Shown here: in pieces, positions 47,661 to 61,316 of the stretch | Layout: the number at the start of each line of letters is the position of its first letter | Position numbering within the stretch: position 1 is the stretch's first letter | Assembly: GCA_038087875.1 (NCBI GenBank) | Contig: CM075993.1 | Span: forward strand, 5,954,001-6,018,000 | DNA length: 64,000 bases | Direction: 5' to 3' | Origin: Malacoraja senta | Taxonomy: Eukaryota | Notes under the pieces: generated by a model | The model's database searches: none | Told to the model about the DNA's origin: nothing | Seen by the model: only the letters and a program-made list of their open reading frames with translations | Position numbers and translations under genes: made by a program

Positions 47661-48999
47661 CACTCTATAGAAGAGGCACACGAGGGCATCAGTCTGAATA
47701 AGGGTTTTGGCCCGAAAAACGTTGCCTATTTCCTTCGCTCCATAGATGCTGCTGCACCCGCTGCGTTTCTCCAGCATTTTTGTCTACCTTCGATTTTCCA
47801 GCATCCGCAGTTCCTTCTTAAACACTCTATAGAATTGGGCACAATTCAACCTTGCTATGCTGGTGACAACAGGGTACAAATGATGTGTAATGTCACACAA
47901 TGGCCATCACTTAGTCAATTTCGCTAGCTTTCCCCCCTCATACTGATATGTCACTTAGAGGTCTTGTGGGGGGGGGGGGGGGGGGAATGGCCTTTCAGCA
48001 TAAAGCAACGTTCTTGGCAGTACAGATGGTTCAGTACAACAGGCGAGGAAAAGTAATTGCAGTACAAGTTAATTCAATTGCAAGGTAGTACTTCTGTGGC
48101 AAAGGTAGACAAAAATGCTAGAGAAAGCAGCTTGCAAGCTGGGGGTAGGGTATTTCCAAGTTGCTACAGACAACTAGGTACAAATTATATTCTTCCACAG
48201 ATGGGACAGGTAGGTAGTTTGGGGTGGTACATGTCCCATGTCAATAATGCAGGGCTTGTGTCATCTTGCTGCATGGTTCTCAATACCATGCCAAATTCAC
48301 TTGTTACACTGTAGCTGGATAGCCTTAATAGTTTTGAATTACATCTCAAAGAGGAAAACGGAACAGGACGAGTGCTCTTTGCACCAGTACCCAGATCAGA
48401 TGTCATTGCACAATGATCCATGGACAAGCTGCCAACTACCTAAGAATCACATTACAATTCAAAGTTTGATTCTCGGAAAGTAGAAAACATCACGGCAGGA
48501 AAAGTAATTGGATACTTAAAATTCAACTTTTCAAAATCAATAAAGAAATGATCGTATATCTGTTCAAACTTAGGTCGCTACTAAATTAAGTTTCCAAGTT
48601 TCTTACAATCAAATTATGACCAGCTACAGTTCCACTTTCAATAAAATGAGCACCATCTAAATAAAGCCATAGATATTAAAATGTATTTTGTGGTGGAGGG
48701 GCAAATAATTTTGGACTCTCTCCAAAGTTGGAGCAAATTAACTTGGTATTCTGAAAGTGCTCAGAAAGCAGTAAGGTTGGGTAACAAAGTGGAAATATTT
48801 ATAACACTTCCCTCAAGGGCTCAGAATTCCACTCCGTTCATTGTCAGACATGAGCATGTCTTGTCCGATCATCTGCAGTAGTTGGGTGGACTAGTGATTA
48901 TTATCCAAGCGAATTCATTGTTTATTAGGTTAGATCATTGCTTTGACAGCAATTTTCCAATTAAGTTTGTTGTATGGATCAGGAATAGATTAGAACACA

Positions 49000-51725
49000 T
49001 GGTATTGGGGGTAGGGTATTGACATGGATAGAGAACTGGTTGGCAGACAGGAAGCAAAGAGTAGGAATTAACGGGTCCTTTTCAGAATGGCAGGCAGTGA
49101 CTAGTGGAGTGCTGCAAGGCTCGGTGCAGGGACCCGTTATTTACAATATATATTAACGATTTAGATGAAGGAATTAAATGCGACATCTCCAAGCTTGCAG
49201 ATGACACAAAGCTGGGTGGCAGTGAGAGCTGCTATGAGGCTGCAAGGTGACTTGGATAGGTTGGTTGAGTGGGCAGATGCAGCATAATGTGGATAAATGT
49301 AAGGTTATCCACTTTGGTGGCAAGAACGAGAAGGCAGATTATTATCTGAATGGTGTTGGATTAGGAAAAGGGGAGGTGCAACGAGACCTGAGTGCGCTTG
49401 TACATCAGTCACTGAAAGTAAGCATGCAGGTACAGCAGGCAGTGAAGAAAGCTTAAAAAAAATTTTTTTTTTTTTTTTTACACTAGAAAAGGAAAAGATT
49501 GAAAGAAAGAAATGAAGGAAAAAGTGAAAGTGTAGGAAATGTGACAACAAAAAAGGACGAAGACCCTATAAGAGCAAAATTAAAAACAAAAGAAAAAGAG
49601 TTAAGAAATAGACCCTAGGAAAGAAAGAGAGAAAGAGGAAAAAGAGAGAAACAAATATTTTTATGAGCATTACGTAAATGGGACATACCAACTCTTCAAC
49701 TATCATCCCCCCTTACCTGACCTCAATTTTTTTTTTTTTTAAGTACTTTTGCACCCTATGTTTGTAATAATTCTATAAATGCAGACCACGTCAGGTGGAA
49801 GTGATCTGGTTTACCTGCTAGGAGGAGTCTTATCTCTTCTAGGTGTAATGTTTCAAACATATTTGAAATCCACATATTTATAGTTGGTATTGGAGCCTTC
49901 TTCCAAAATTTTAGAATTAGCTTTTTTCCAGTTATTAACCAATAGTCCATTAGTTTCTTTTGAAACACATTTAGTTCTGGACCATCTTCCGTTATACTGA
50001 AGATAATCCATTCTGCTTTGGGTATCAGTCTTGTTTTAAATAACTTTGTAAAGATTTCAAAAATTTCATTCCAAAATATTTGAATTTTTGTACAGAAAAC
50101 GAATGAGTGCGCTATAGTAGCTTCTTGGGATGATACATTTGGGAAAATTTTATGAATTTTAGTTTTCAAATAATATAATCTATGTAAAATTTTAAATTGT
50201 ATTAAAGTGTGTCTTACATTAATCGAGCATTTATGCACGTTTAATAAGTATTCATTCCAACTTTCCTTTGAAATTTTAATAGCTAACTCTTGTTCCCAGT
50301 CTCTTCTGATACCCTCCGTAGATGGTATTTGTACATTTAAGATAATATTATACAAATATGATATTAAGTTTGCTGATTCCGCTTTTATCTGCATTGCCTC
50401 GTCCAATACATCTACTGGGTTATTATAATGATCTTTTGTATATTTTTTCAAATAGTCGCATATTTGAAAATATTAAAAATATTGATTATTTCCGAGTTTA
50501 TATTTTATTTGTAATTGTTGAAATGAAAGTAATTTTCCAGTTTCATACAAGTCACCAAGCGTTTTAATTCCTAATCTATCCCATTGTGTATAAGCTTTAT
50601 CTATAATAGAAGGATTAAACGAAGGGTTATTGACTATAGGTAATAAAAGTGATAAATTTCTTAATTTAAAATTTTGTTTTATTTGTTTCCAAATTCGGAT
50701 TGTACTATGAATAATTGGGTTCTTATTATAATTTATGTTATTCAATTTCATTGGAGAGAGGAGGATCGCTCCAATGTTTCTAGAGGAGCAATCCTCTTTC
50801 TCCATTACAATCCAGTCCACTTGCTGGGCGGAGTTATCCATCAGTTGAATCATATTTTTTAATATTTACTGACCAATAATAATACATAAAATTAGGTAGT
50901 GCTAAACCCCCTAATACTTTAGGTTTATTCAGATGAGTTTTTTGTATTCTATGTGATTTATAGTCCCATATAAAATTAGTGATATCTGAGTCGAGTTTTT
51001 AAAAAAACTTCTTTGGTAAGTATATAGGAATTGATTGAAATAGGTATAAAATTTGTGGTAAAAAGATCATTTTTATTGCGTGTGAAGAAAGCTAATGGCA
51101 TGTTGGCCTTCATTGCGCGAGGATTTGAGTTTAGGAGCAAGGAGGTCCTACTGCAGTTGTACAAGGCCCTGATGAGACCGCACCTGGAGTATTGTGTGCA
51201 ATTTTGCTCTCCTAATTCAAGGAAGGACATTATTGCTATTGAGGGAGTGCAGCGTAGGTTCACCAGGTTAATTCCTGGGATGGCAGGACCGTTAAGAATG
51301 GGTCGACTGGGCTTGTATTCACTGGAATTTAGAAAGACGAGAGGGGGGGGGGGTCTTATAGAAACATATAAAATTCTTAAAGGATTGGACAGGCTGGATG
51401 CAGGAAAAATGTTCCCAATGTTGGGGGAATCCAGAATCAGGGGGTCACAGTTTAAGAATAAGGGGTAGGCCATTTAGATGAAAAACTTCTTCATCCAGAG
51501 AGTTGTGAATCTGTGGAATTCTCTGCCACAGAAGGCAGTGGAGGCCAATTCACTGGATGTTTTCAAGTCAGATTTAGCTTTTTGGGCTAAAGGAGTCAAG
51601 GGATATGGGGGAAAAGCAGGAACGGGGTACAGATTTTAGATGATCAGCCATGATCATATTGAATGGCTGTGCTGGCTTGAAGGGCCGAATGGCCTACTCC
51701 TGCACCTAGTTTTCTTTGTTTCTAA
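49000..51725 (+). mobile_element. CR1 LINE RT/3' fragment split by the L1 insertion
   Basis: SGVLQGSV, IYINDLD, ADDTKLGG and, after the L1, RPHLEYCVQF and EGVQRRFTRLIPG; standard CR1 3' tail. Confidence 0.9.
49454..51081 (-). mobile_element. L1-clade LINE 3' fragment (same family as 6110-8580), nested in a CR1
   Basis: Closely similar ORF2 C-terminal peptides; 12-bp TSD GTGAAGAAAGCT at 49442-49453 and 51082-51093. Confidence 0.9.
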
Positions 51726-54542
51726 ATCATGGCAATAAGTGATACGTACAATTTGCGGCTGGAGGCATTTTTCAATGTTGAAACAGATTACTAGTGCGGC
51801 ATTTGTGACTGTTCTGTTACCACAAACCCACATTATTTGAGCTTTGGGGAATACTATTTTCCCAGCAAGTATTCATAGTCCTGGGTAACATCAATGTAAT
51901 TCACAAGCAACATCAACAAGTCTTCGACAATTACGTTACAAGCATGATAGCATAAAAGCAGTTGATCCACTGCAATGGAATAAGTGACGAGCAGTTAACC
52001 AAATATTGCTTCGACTATTTATTACATAACGCTGTACAATTTAAAGACAAGCTCTAAACAATGGTCTAAAGACAGACAGATTTCAGTGTCCAATGTTATC
52101 ATCTACAGCCTTTAAGCACCATTGTACCTCATGCTATCACACCTCCTAGTACTTCAGAATGCCTTTCCCCAGGTCCAGGCCAGAGCTCAACACAGTGCCT
52201 CACAGTCAGATGCAGCCTGTGCTAAACAAGGACATGTTTGAATTGAACAATTAGCCATAGGAATCCCCTTTGATTTCACCCCAGCTCTGGACATTGAAGG
52301 CAAAGGCAATTCCTATTGAGCTTGAAACTGGGTACAAACTGGGGTGTTTGAGCCTGGTACCAGACCACAGCCAATCAGATGTCTATAGAATTTACAAACA
52401 GCTATTTACATTTTTTTTTAATGGAAGAAAGAGCACAACATGCTAACCTCCTAACTGTTGGCAGGAAAATTTGAACATTTGTGAAGTCCCATAGTCTGCA
52501 GGTTAAAAAGCAGACATGTCATGTGTAGATTCACAGAGATAGCGGACCACAAATATAAAACCTAATTCTGGCTAGATGCTCGATCTTTATAATTATTTCT
52601 GGATTTAAATAATGAAAGAACAATGCTTCAAATTGCCTTGGGTCTGCACCGTTCACAATAACAGCTATTTCAATGGGGAAGGAAAGCATAGGAATATTTC
52701 AATGTATGCCACTTTGTACAAAAATGTTTTTCTTCTGCACAGTTCTGAAATAAGGCCATTGACTGGTAAATCCAGATGGCTCGGGAGTAATCTGAATGAA
52801 TCTCCCAAATGCATGAGACTTTGGCAGAACTTCTGAAACAAAGTTTCAATTTGGAATTACTCAAATCATGTTTTATATCAGCACACACACCAACTGTGAC
52901 AAATTTCATCCTTCAAGATAATTCAACTTGCATTAAAAGCAAATTGTTTTAATTTATTTTTTAAACCTAGCCAAACCAGGTTAGGGAACTCTGCCAGTTT
53001 TGCCACCATGCTGCCCGACTCTCAGATTAGCTCTGAGGTGATCTTATAGGAAGCAACAGGAAGTTCCCTAGCAAGGTTAAGAAATTCATTAGATCCCATC
53101 TGATGGGTCATCTCTGATGTTCAAAAAGTAACATAAAAAAAAAATCTACATACTTCACAAGCCTTCCGTTTCCCCACCCATCTTAAAATGGCAGATTGGT
53201 TCAAACAAAGAAAACAATGCAACTCCGAGGCTCTCCTTCCTTTGTTATTCAATGTAAGGATTGAAACCTGCTTTAGGATTGATATTTCTTGATTCCAAGA
53301 TGGAATAAAAACGTACCTTCAGTCATAAACAGATTGAGACAAACATTGGACAAACACTGCGTCAGACAAGGTGTAAAGACAAGTTTATCAGGTAGCAATT
53401 AACAAGTCTCTACAACACACTATAAAATTACAGTTAGTGTTTAAAGGCTTCTCTCACCGCCCATAACTATTTTGTGACATTTGCCTAACTTTAACAGAAA
53501 TAAATGGCCATTACAAGAATAAATAAGGGAAAATGCAAAAAAGGAGTAAAATTCATGATTAGCTTAACTAAAGAATTAAACAATTTATATGTGCAATTAT
53601 AAAAATATTTAAAACCGGGTATGATTAAAGTATCATTAGAGCCACAATATCATGAGAAATAGAACCACAGTGAACCGAGGGATAGTTATGACCTCATACC
53701 ATCCTTACATGGCCCTTTTTGAACTAGGGATCTTCAACATCTCACAACCTAATGCATGAAAACATTTAATTTGCTATCCTAGATGGCATATGAATTGACT
53801 GTGCTTTAACCGGTTGCTAGGCTAGCAGAGGAGAAAGCCAAATATAATATTACAGTCGCAAATATCATTTGGATATTGCTTAAGAAGAGTTTATTTTCCG
53901 CAGATGCAAACGAGCTAATAGCATTTTGTACTAGGTGATTTGGAATCTCCTCTTAGTACAAACCTTGCGTTTGGGTAGCCTACCCTGGAGATCCTAGTTG
54001 TGTCAAATTGTTATATCAAGAGGATCAAAACATTTAAATGTTAAAGGATGTGTTGCCTATCAACCATTATCATGTTAAAAGAACAACTTGCCAAGATTTA
54101 GAAGATCAGTAAGTTACTTTAGTGAACTCTGGAGAAAGCCATTTATTTAGAATACGCCTTCCTCCCCTAACTAAATAATAGCTCAAAAAGAGAATTATAT
54201 AAAGATTTCATTTAATTTTAATGATATTCACTGGGTGCAACAAGTTAACAAGATGCTGTTTGAATTTGTGTATAAAAAACTTAAATGCATCAACCCCATC
54301 TCAAATAGATTTTGAAGCCATGTTCAGTGCCCCAAGATACCAAGATGGTATGGACAAAAAAATTTACAACTCCCTTTGTTCATCTGTGGCATATTTCACA
54401 TCCCGTAATTTACAGTTTAAAGAAATACAGATCAAAAAACGCCAGCTCTACTGTAACATGTTTTCATTTTGTGCACTACTTCAGGGCTCTCCCCAGCTCG
54501 TGTTTGAGCAGTCCATTTCCCCACTGGCATTTTACAGCTTTC

Positions 54543-54620
54543 TTAGGTGTGGAGGTTGGTGATTGTAGAATTGAGAACACGTGAACGACAGTCAGACTTG
54601 GAAACTTTTGAAAGCTCTCG
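54543..54620 (-). CDS. PRC1: PRC1 last coding exon (RELSKVSKSDCRSRVLNSTITNLHT*)
   Basis: tttttcag|CGA GAG CTT ... TAA at 54545-54543. Confidence 0.9.
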   Translation of the reverse strand, partial: RELSKVSKSDCRSRVLNSTITNLHT

Positions 54621-54884
54621 CTGAAAAAGGGAAACAAAAATAATGGCTGTTAAACTAGTACGAAGTTAGAATATTAAGGCACAAACTACTTAGATGAATT
54701 ATTCAACAAACAACTTGTCAAAACTCTTGAAATATGGGACAAGGATGCACACCATGCATTAAAGAAATTTAAAATATTAAAAAGTGGAAATGTGAAATTG
54801 AGGTGCAGGAAGGCAAAACCTTCACCCGAAAAGTAATAAATGGCATGACCCAGTAGGACAGCAGCGCAGCGGTAGAGACCCAAT

Positions 54885-55162
54885 AGTGGTGCAGCGGTAG
54901 AGTTGTTGCCTTGCAGCGCCAGAGACCCGGGTTCAATCCTGACTATGGGTGCCATCTGTACGTTCTCACTGTGACTGTGTGGGTTTTATCCGGGTGTTCT
55001 GGTTTCCTCCCACACTCCAAAGACGTGCAGGCTTGTCGGTTAATTGGCTTCTGTACATTGTACCTAGTGTGTAGGATGGTGCTAGTGTACGAGGTGATCG
55101 CTGGTTGGCACGGACTCAGTGGGCCGAAGGGCCTGTTTCTACGCTGCATCTGCAAAGTCTAA
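54885..55162 (+). mobile_element. tRNA-derived SINE
   Basis: Same family. Confidence 0.82.
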
Positions 55163-58100
55163 AGGTGCAGCACATCTTGTTAGAAACAGCTTGGTTTGCC
55201 ACACAGGTCACAATCCACTAATGGCCATCAAACTTTGCCTCTGAGCAAACATTCAAATAACAAGAATACTAAAATGTTTGATCTGGTTCAAATATTACCC
55301 CAAAAAACCTCCCATAATTTCAACTTGCAATCCAAACTGACGAACATTCAAGATTCCAAAAAAAATTACTTCAAAGTGGAGAAGGAAGAAAAATCGAAGA
55401 TTTGCAAGTAAAGACAAGTGGGGAAAAAGCTTCAGATTTTCTTTCATTCGCAGATATGGAAACATTATTTATCCCAGGAGGGGCAATTTTGGGAAAATTA
55501 ACAAGACTACAGATCATCAGGTTGCTTGCAGTAACAGGACAGCTCCACTAGAAGCCAAACTACAGAGACAATAATGTTGATGGGTAATCTGACTGACTGA
55601 AAGTAGGAGTTTAATAGAGCACTGGTGCTATTTCTGTGGTGAGGGAATCCAAATCAAGGGATATTAAAATCAGAGCAAGGTCATTTAAGACTGAAGTAAT
55701 TTTGCAATAGTAATGAAGATTCCTGGTATTACAAGCAACTGACTTTTCAGGTTTCACATCATTCAATTACTGACTAATACAGTTATATTGTAATGTTTTT
55801 ATGTCTCCAGTCTGAGCACAACTCCTTTGCTTTATTTGATTCACAAAAGCTGAAAAAGAGAAACTAGACCATTGCAAGTGCATAGTTTACCCAAATATTA
55901 AGCATAAAATATGCACTGACCGATAATGCAGCACCATCTACCAATCGCTGGCATAGAATGTTACAACTCTCCTGACCTACCTTTGTCAGAATTATTATGA
56001 ACAGGAAAATTAAACAAAACTCTTGCCGACTTAAACATGCTCAGTGCACAGAATGAGAAAACCAGAGGTTAAAGCAAGCAGTGAAATAGGAATCAAGTCA
56101 TTAGTTTGCCTGTGCATATCCACAATATCCTAATTTAATATTGAAAACCAAGAGATACTGAGAAATTAAAGGTGCACAAGTTCCTTTGGACAATCTTCCT
56201 CTATCTCCAGCACATTTGTGAAATTTTAGATAAACAATCATTTTGCACACATCACCTGAACTACACTTAAAGCACGTGGATAATTAAAAAGTAAATTGCT
56301 TTACCCACGAAGAGCAAATCGGAAGTAAATCTATAATGGTGAAATACAGGAAGATTCATCCTAAAGGTGCACATGTTAGATGTACATTAGTGTACATAGT
56401 TTCCACAGTCATTTATACTATGCCACACACTAAAACGTCCTCATTTGGAATTGGATCTGCACCTTCAGCAGCTACATTTCCAGCAGCAGGCAGTGCAGAT
56501 TCAGGAGGTAGTGCTGGAATGGAAAGCAAGTCCAATTCCCAATAGAATATATATACACATTGCCCAAGGATTCAGGCCTTCAACTACAAGTAACCATTGT
56601 AGGAAGCACACAAGAACACAACAGGATTATACTGGGTAATTATAGATATTGGGCAGTATCGGCAAAAGCAATGCAATTAAGCACACACAGCTCAGATACA
56701 TAAGACAACCTCCAGCACACACTCCACAATCAGCAACAACAAAATAAAAAGCAAAATAGCAGCACACAGTCAGGATCCACAAACACTAACCCAAAATTTG
56801 TAATTAGAAGAAAGAATTTTTCTGAAGTCATAAGGATTTTTATGCAACATCCAACACAGAGGAAACAGGCCCTTCAGCCCAATTTATCCATGGCGACAAA
56901 GATACCCATCTACACTAGTCCCACCTACCCACATTTGGCCCATATCTCTTTAAACCTTTCCTATACATGTGCCTGTCCCAATGACGACGAGTTAGGTAAA
57001 TATTTATGCAAAGAACATTTTCTGTGCCAGTCTTCGTGGATTAATAATTTGTATCTAGAAAGAACAGGTTGAAGTTATTGTGCAGTTTATGAAAGTTAGA
57101 TGAACCCAATTTAGAAAAAGTTCAATAAATATGGTCCATATGGTAGTAAACTATATGTACAACATATATTGGAAAGAAGATATATTTTAAAGCCATTGGG
57201 TTCAGAAACTTTCTGTGGGGGGGGGTGATTATACCAGTTTACAGAATAGTACAACTGCTACCTCACAGCGCCAGAGACCCAGGTTCCATCCTGACCTTGG
57301 GTGCTGTCTATGCGGAGTTTGTATGTTCTTCGTTACCGTATGGGTTTCCCCCGGGTTCCTCCCACATCCCAAAGATGTGTGGGTTTGTAGGCTAATTGGT
57401 AGAATTGCAAAATTGCCCCTAAAGTGTAGGGAGTGAATGAGAATGTGGAAATGGCTGAAATAGAGTGGACGTGGAAAGATGTTTCCAGCAGTGGGAGAGT
57501 CTAGGACCAGAGAATGCAGCCTCAGAATAAAAGGATGTACCTTTAGAACAGAGATGAGGAGGAATTTCTTTTGCAGGAGGCTGGTGAATCTGTGGAATTC
57601 AATCTGTGGAGGCCAAGCCATTGGATATTTTTAAAGTGTCGATTGACAGGTACTTGATTAAGCACATCAAAGAGGTTGAGAGGGGAAAAAAAAGATCGGC
57701 CATGTTTGAATGTTGAAGCAAATTTGATGGACCAAGTGGGCCTAATTCTGCTTCCTTAGACTTGAGATACAGTGAGAAACAGACCCTTTGGTCGTACAGA
57801 CAGCATCCGTAGTCAGGATCAAACCTGCGTCTCTGGGGCTGTAAGGCAGCAATTCTACCACAGCTCCCATGTCTAATAATCTTTTAACCGCAAACTAGTG
57901 CTCAATAGTTGGTGAGGACATAGTCAGTCACCTGGAACTGTAATCTCAAAACTAAATTAAATACAAGAAATTATATCAGGGACGCCTGGAGAGCAGAGAA
58001 TATTTCCATTTTCAGCGGCAGTGCAAAAATGGAACGCGAAGAAACACAATAAGTAAAATTTATACAGAATTATTTGCTACCATCTGCAAATTACTAGAAA

Positions 58101-58793
58101 CAAATATTAGTGAACATGAACAGAAACTGATGTTTCAAATTGCAGAGTAGAGCCTAGCATGAGCACAGCACTGAAATAAACAAATGAAACGGACAGGTCA
58201 GGGGACGATTGTGGTATTATGGCTAAAAAACACTGAACATTGTACAATACAGAGCTTTTTAGCCCAACTGTACACCGGCTAAAGTGAGCCATTCAGCCAA
58301 ATCCCAGCTCTTAGGCCAGTCTTTCAAGCAAATATCTACGCACCATTAAATCTAGTTGGAAATATTGCTTCCCCTGGCAAGTTCAGGACCTCCAACACAC
58401 TAAATGGAAATAAATCTCTCCTCAATGGACACATCTAGTTGAGCTGCTTCTTCACAACACCTGTGACCTGGGTTCAAACACTTTCCGTGTACTGCGTGGG
58501 GAATGAGCAGATCTCCTGCTGCTTCCATTTCCTCCCACATCCCAAAGATGTGCAAGTCAATAGGTTAATTGGTCACTGTACATGACACTGTGTACGTCTG
58601 CATTAGTAACTGAGAGGAGTTAATGTTAGGCAAAGTTAAATGGGATTAGGGTAGGATTTGTGTAAATGGGTGCCTACGGTTCAGCACTGACTCAAGGACC
58701 TTTATGCTGATATTATATTATGAATTATTAAAATTTCTGCAAATTAATCTCCTGGTCTTTGAAACGATCTTCTAGTTCATTTCGTGCTCCAAG

Positions 58794-58905
58794 AACATGT
58801 TTTCAATGAAAATATGAAAGCCCTCTGAGCAATCAGAGGATCAGAAGATTGCTCAGAGGCTTTCATATTTTCATTGAAAACATGTTTATCAGAGGATCAG
58901 AAGAT
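58794..58905. repeat. ~40-bp inverted repeat with an 18-bp direct duplication
   Basis: 58794-58834 vs 58847-58886; ATCAGAGGATCAGAAGAT at 58832 and 58888. Confidence 0.9.
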
Positions 58906-59205
58906 AAAGATGAGCAAGATTTGAAAGAGTAGTATTGGAAGCAGGCTGGATACCACCTCTGAACAGGTCAATACTGGCTTTTCTCCAGTGTGGTGCAGTA
59001 GTTTTGCACATTCTATCACTAGGCTCTGAACTGAGAAAAATATTTTTACTGCCTCATTCACTTCACATTCTCCCATCCTGACAACGTGTTGATTCAAAGT
59101 TTGCATGCAGCTTTTGTTCTACTTTCCTTCAAGTCCCCCACAATCTCCAGCACCAACTGCGTGCTGCCACAGTGATTGGTAGATGACTGCAAAAATTGAA
59201 ATTAC

Positions 59206-59394
59206 CGCAAACTCAGAATAAGTGGTGGCAACTGAATTTACGCTGAGATTATGCTGCGGAGTGGAGATGCCAGTGGACGCACCACTCACTGCTGTTGAAT
59301 TTAGATGAGAAATGTTCTCTTTGTTTTTTTCATTGAAACAATGGCGTGGGAGCTTCTTCGCAGAATGTCCTGGAGTGCGCACAGACAGTGCTGG
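59206..59394 (-). CDS. PRC1: PRC1 exon (PALSVRTPG...NKEN...NSVATTYSEFA)
   Basis: tttcgtag| ... GCG|gtaatt; 189 nt; KEN box. Confidence 0.92.
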
Positions 59395-60047
59395 CTACGA
59401 AAAGAATGGGAAAGCGTATTAGACTAATATTGCCAGCATAGTCAACATTCTTGGTGATGTTGCTGGAAAAGCACAACTTTTAGCATTTTGATATTTTGAT
59501 GCTGTGCTTAACCAAACTAATCACAGTACACCCACAATACCCTTCAAACCTTGGCCGTGTTGGGGGATATTAACATTGAGTGGACATAGTAGGCTGAAGC
59601 AATGAAAGGAAACACCCGCTGCAAACACCTTTTCTTAAGGATCACACAGTATACAGAGAGCTGGTGTAAAACCTTTAGCACATTGTAACTGCTGCAAAAA
59701 GGCCAAGAATAGAACTTGGGGGGAGGGGGGGGGGGGGGAGCACTTCATAATGAAGAGCAACTTGTATGTTATTGATCTCAAATATGGCTCCAAAAATCTC
59801 TCCTACACAGCCCTGCCATTACGCAAAAACATTTGTTTCTTGGTCAGATAAATGCAAATTCAAAAACATCTCAACACAGGGTAGGGATCCAACTGCGGAA
59901 CCTTTGTAACTGATGCACACCATTTAAAAAAAAAATGGTGCTGTATACTGTTAAAACTGATATTGGTTCTTATATTTGCAAATCTAACAACTTAAACACT
60001 CAACATGTCTGCCAAGATAATAAAAAGCATGCAAGCTGGCGACTGAC

Positions 60048-60158
60048 CTTGCGTCCTGACAAAGGGGGTCGGGAGATTGGAGAGAAACAGACGCTATTTC
60101 CAATAGCACAGCGAAAAGTGCTGTTGGGTGTGGCATTAACAATCGATGTACCATTTAG
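60048..60158 (-). CDS. PRC1: PRC1 exon (LNGTSIVNATPNSTFR...SPISRPPLSGRK)
   Basis: ttgtcgcag| ... AAG|gtcagt; 111 nt. Confidence 0.92.
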
Positions 60159-60474
60159 CTGCGACAAAAGTAGGAAAGAGAAAATATTAACACAGGGCTG
60201 TGAAGTCAAAAGCACATCTAGATTTTTTTTTAAATAGCAGAACCATAGTTAAACAGAAACCACTTACAACATTCAGCGCCATGCTGTGCAAAATTACAAC
60301 ATGATTAGTAACTTTCAATAAATACAATACAGATCATAGTATTAATTAGGATTAATGACAGTAGATATGAAATATTGAAATGTAATGTCAAGTGGTTAGA
60401 GTACTCTCATTTCCCCCCCCCCAATTATCAATATGATAGGATTCACAACGTAGTCACTGCTTTAATATGACAGT

Positions 60475-61110
60475 TCCACCGCGCCAGCAATGGCTGCCTT
60501 GCCAACAGTCTCTGTCCCTTCCTTCTTTGTTGTTTGGTAGTATGTGTTAAATGTAGGTTTTTAGTGTTCTTTAGCTTGTTTTATGTGGGTGGTGGGGGGT
60601 TGGGGGAGAAACTTTTTTTAATCTCTCACCTCGACAGAGATACGATTTACTTCCATATCATATCTCCGTCCGCACTGTGGCCTAACTTCGAGGAGTTGGT
60701 GGCCTCTACTGAAGATCGACCTGGAGCTCCAACTGCAGGACTTACCATCGTGGAGCTCGCGATCCCTTTGCCGGGTATCGACTTCGGAGCTCCAACCTCG
60801 GGAGCCTGCAGACTTTAACATCGTGGAGCTCGCGGTCTCTGGTTGGAGACCTACTTCGGGAGCTCCAAGCCGCAGGAACTTCGATCGCCCCGACACAGGA
60901 GCTACGATCACCCCAACTGCGGATGGTTCGACTGTCCCGACCACGGGAGAATAAAGAGGAAGAAGATAAGACTTTATTGCCTTCCATCACAGTGAGGAAC
61001 GTGGGGAATCCACTGTGATGGATATTTATGTTAACTTTTATGTAGTTGTGTGTCTTGTTGCTTTTTTTTCCGTATTAATGGTACATGTGACAATAAACTG
61101 ACCTTGACCT
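60475..61110 (+). mobile_element. Non-coding retro-element with internal GGACTT(A/T)ACATCG..GAGCTC repeats and a LINE-like tail (relatives at 62575-63330 and 39795-40105)
   Basis: Shared blocks TTGCCTTCCATCACAGTGAGGA and GGACTTACCATC in three loci; AATAAA plus short tandem tail. Confidence 0.65.
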
Positions 61111-61205
61111 TAAATATGGTCAATCACTGTGGACTAATGGGCAATTCCCCAAAATGAAAATGATCTGCACTTATTACTACTTGTATACATATTCAGAACA
61201 TTTAC

Positions 61206-61316
61206 CTTCCGTATTTTCCCCGGCGTAGTCAGAGTGTTAACCCTTCGCTTGCTTGGCGTTTTCGGAGCGCTACCATACAGCATTTCCTCTTCAATCAGTT
61301 TACTCTTCTTCTGTTG
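61206..61316 (-). CDS. PRC1: PRC1 exon (QQKKSKLIEEEMLYGSAPKTPSKRR...TPGKIRK)
   Basis: ttattgcag| ... AAG|gtaaat; 111 nt; carries the CDK TP sites and the basic NLS. Confidence 0.94.

Noticed and set aside
54621..59205. Optional short PRC1 penultimate exon known from mammals
   Set aside because: No in-frame candidate with convincing similarity; the acceptor near 55850 leads straight to a stop.
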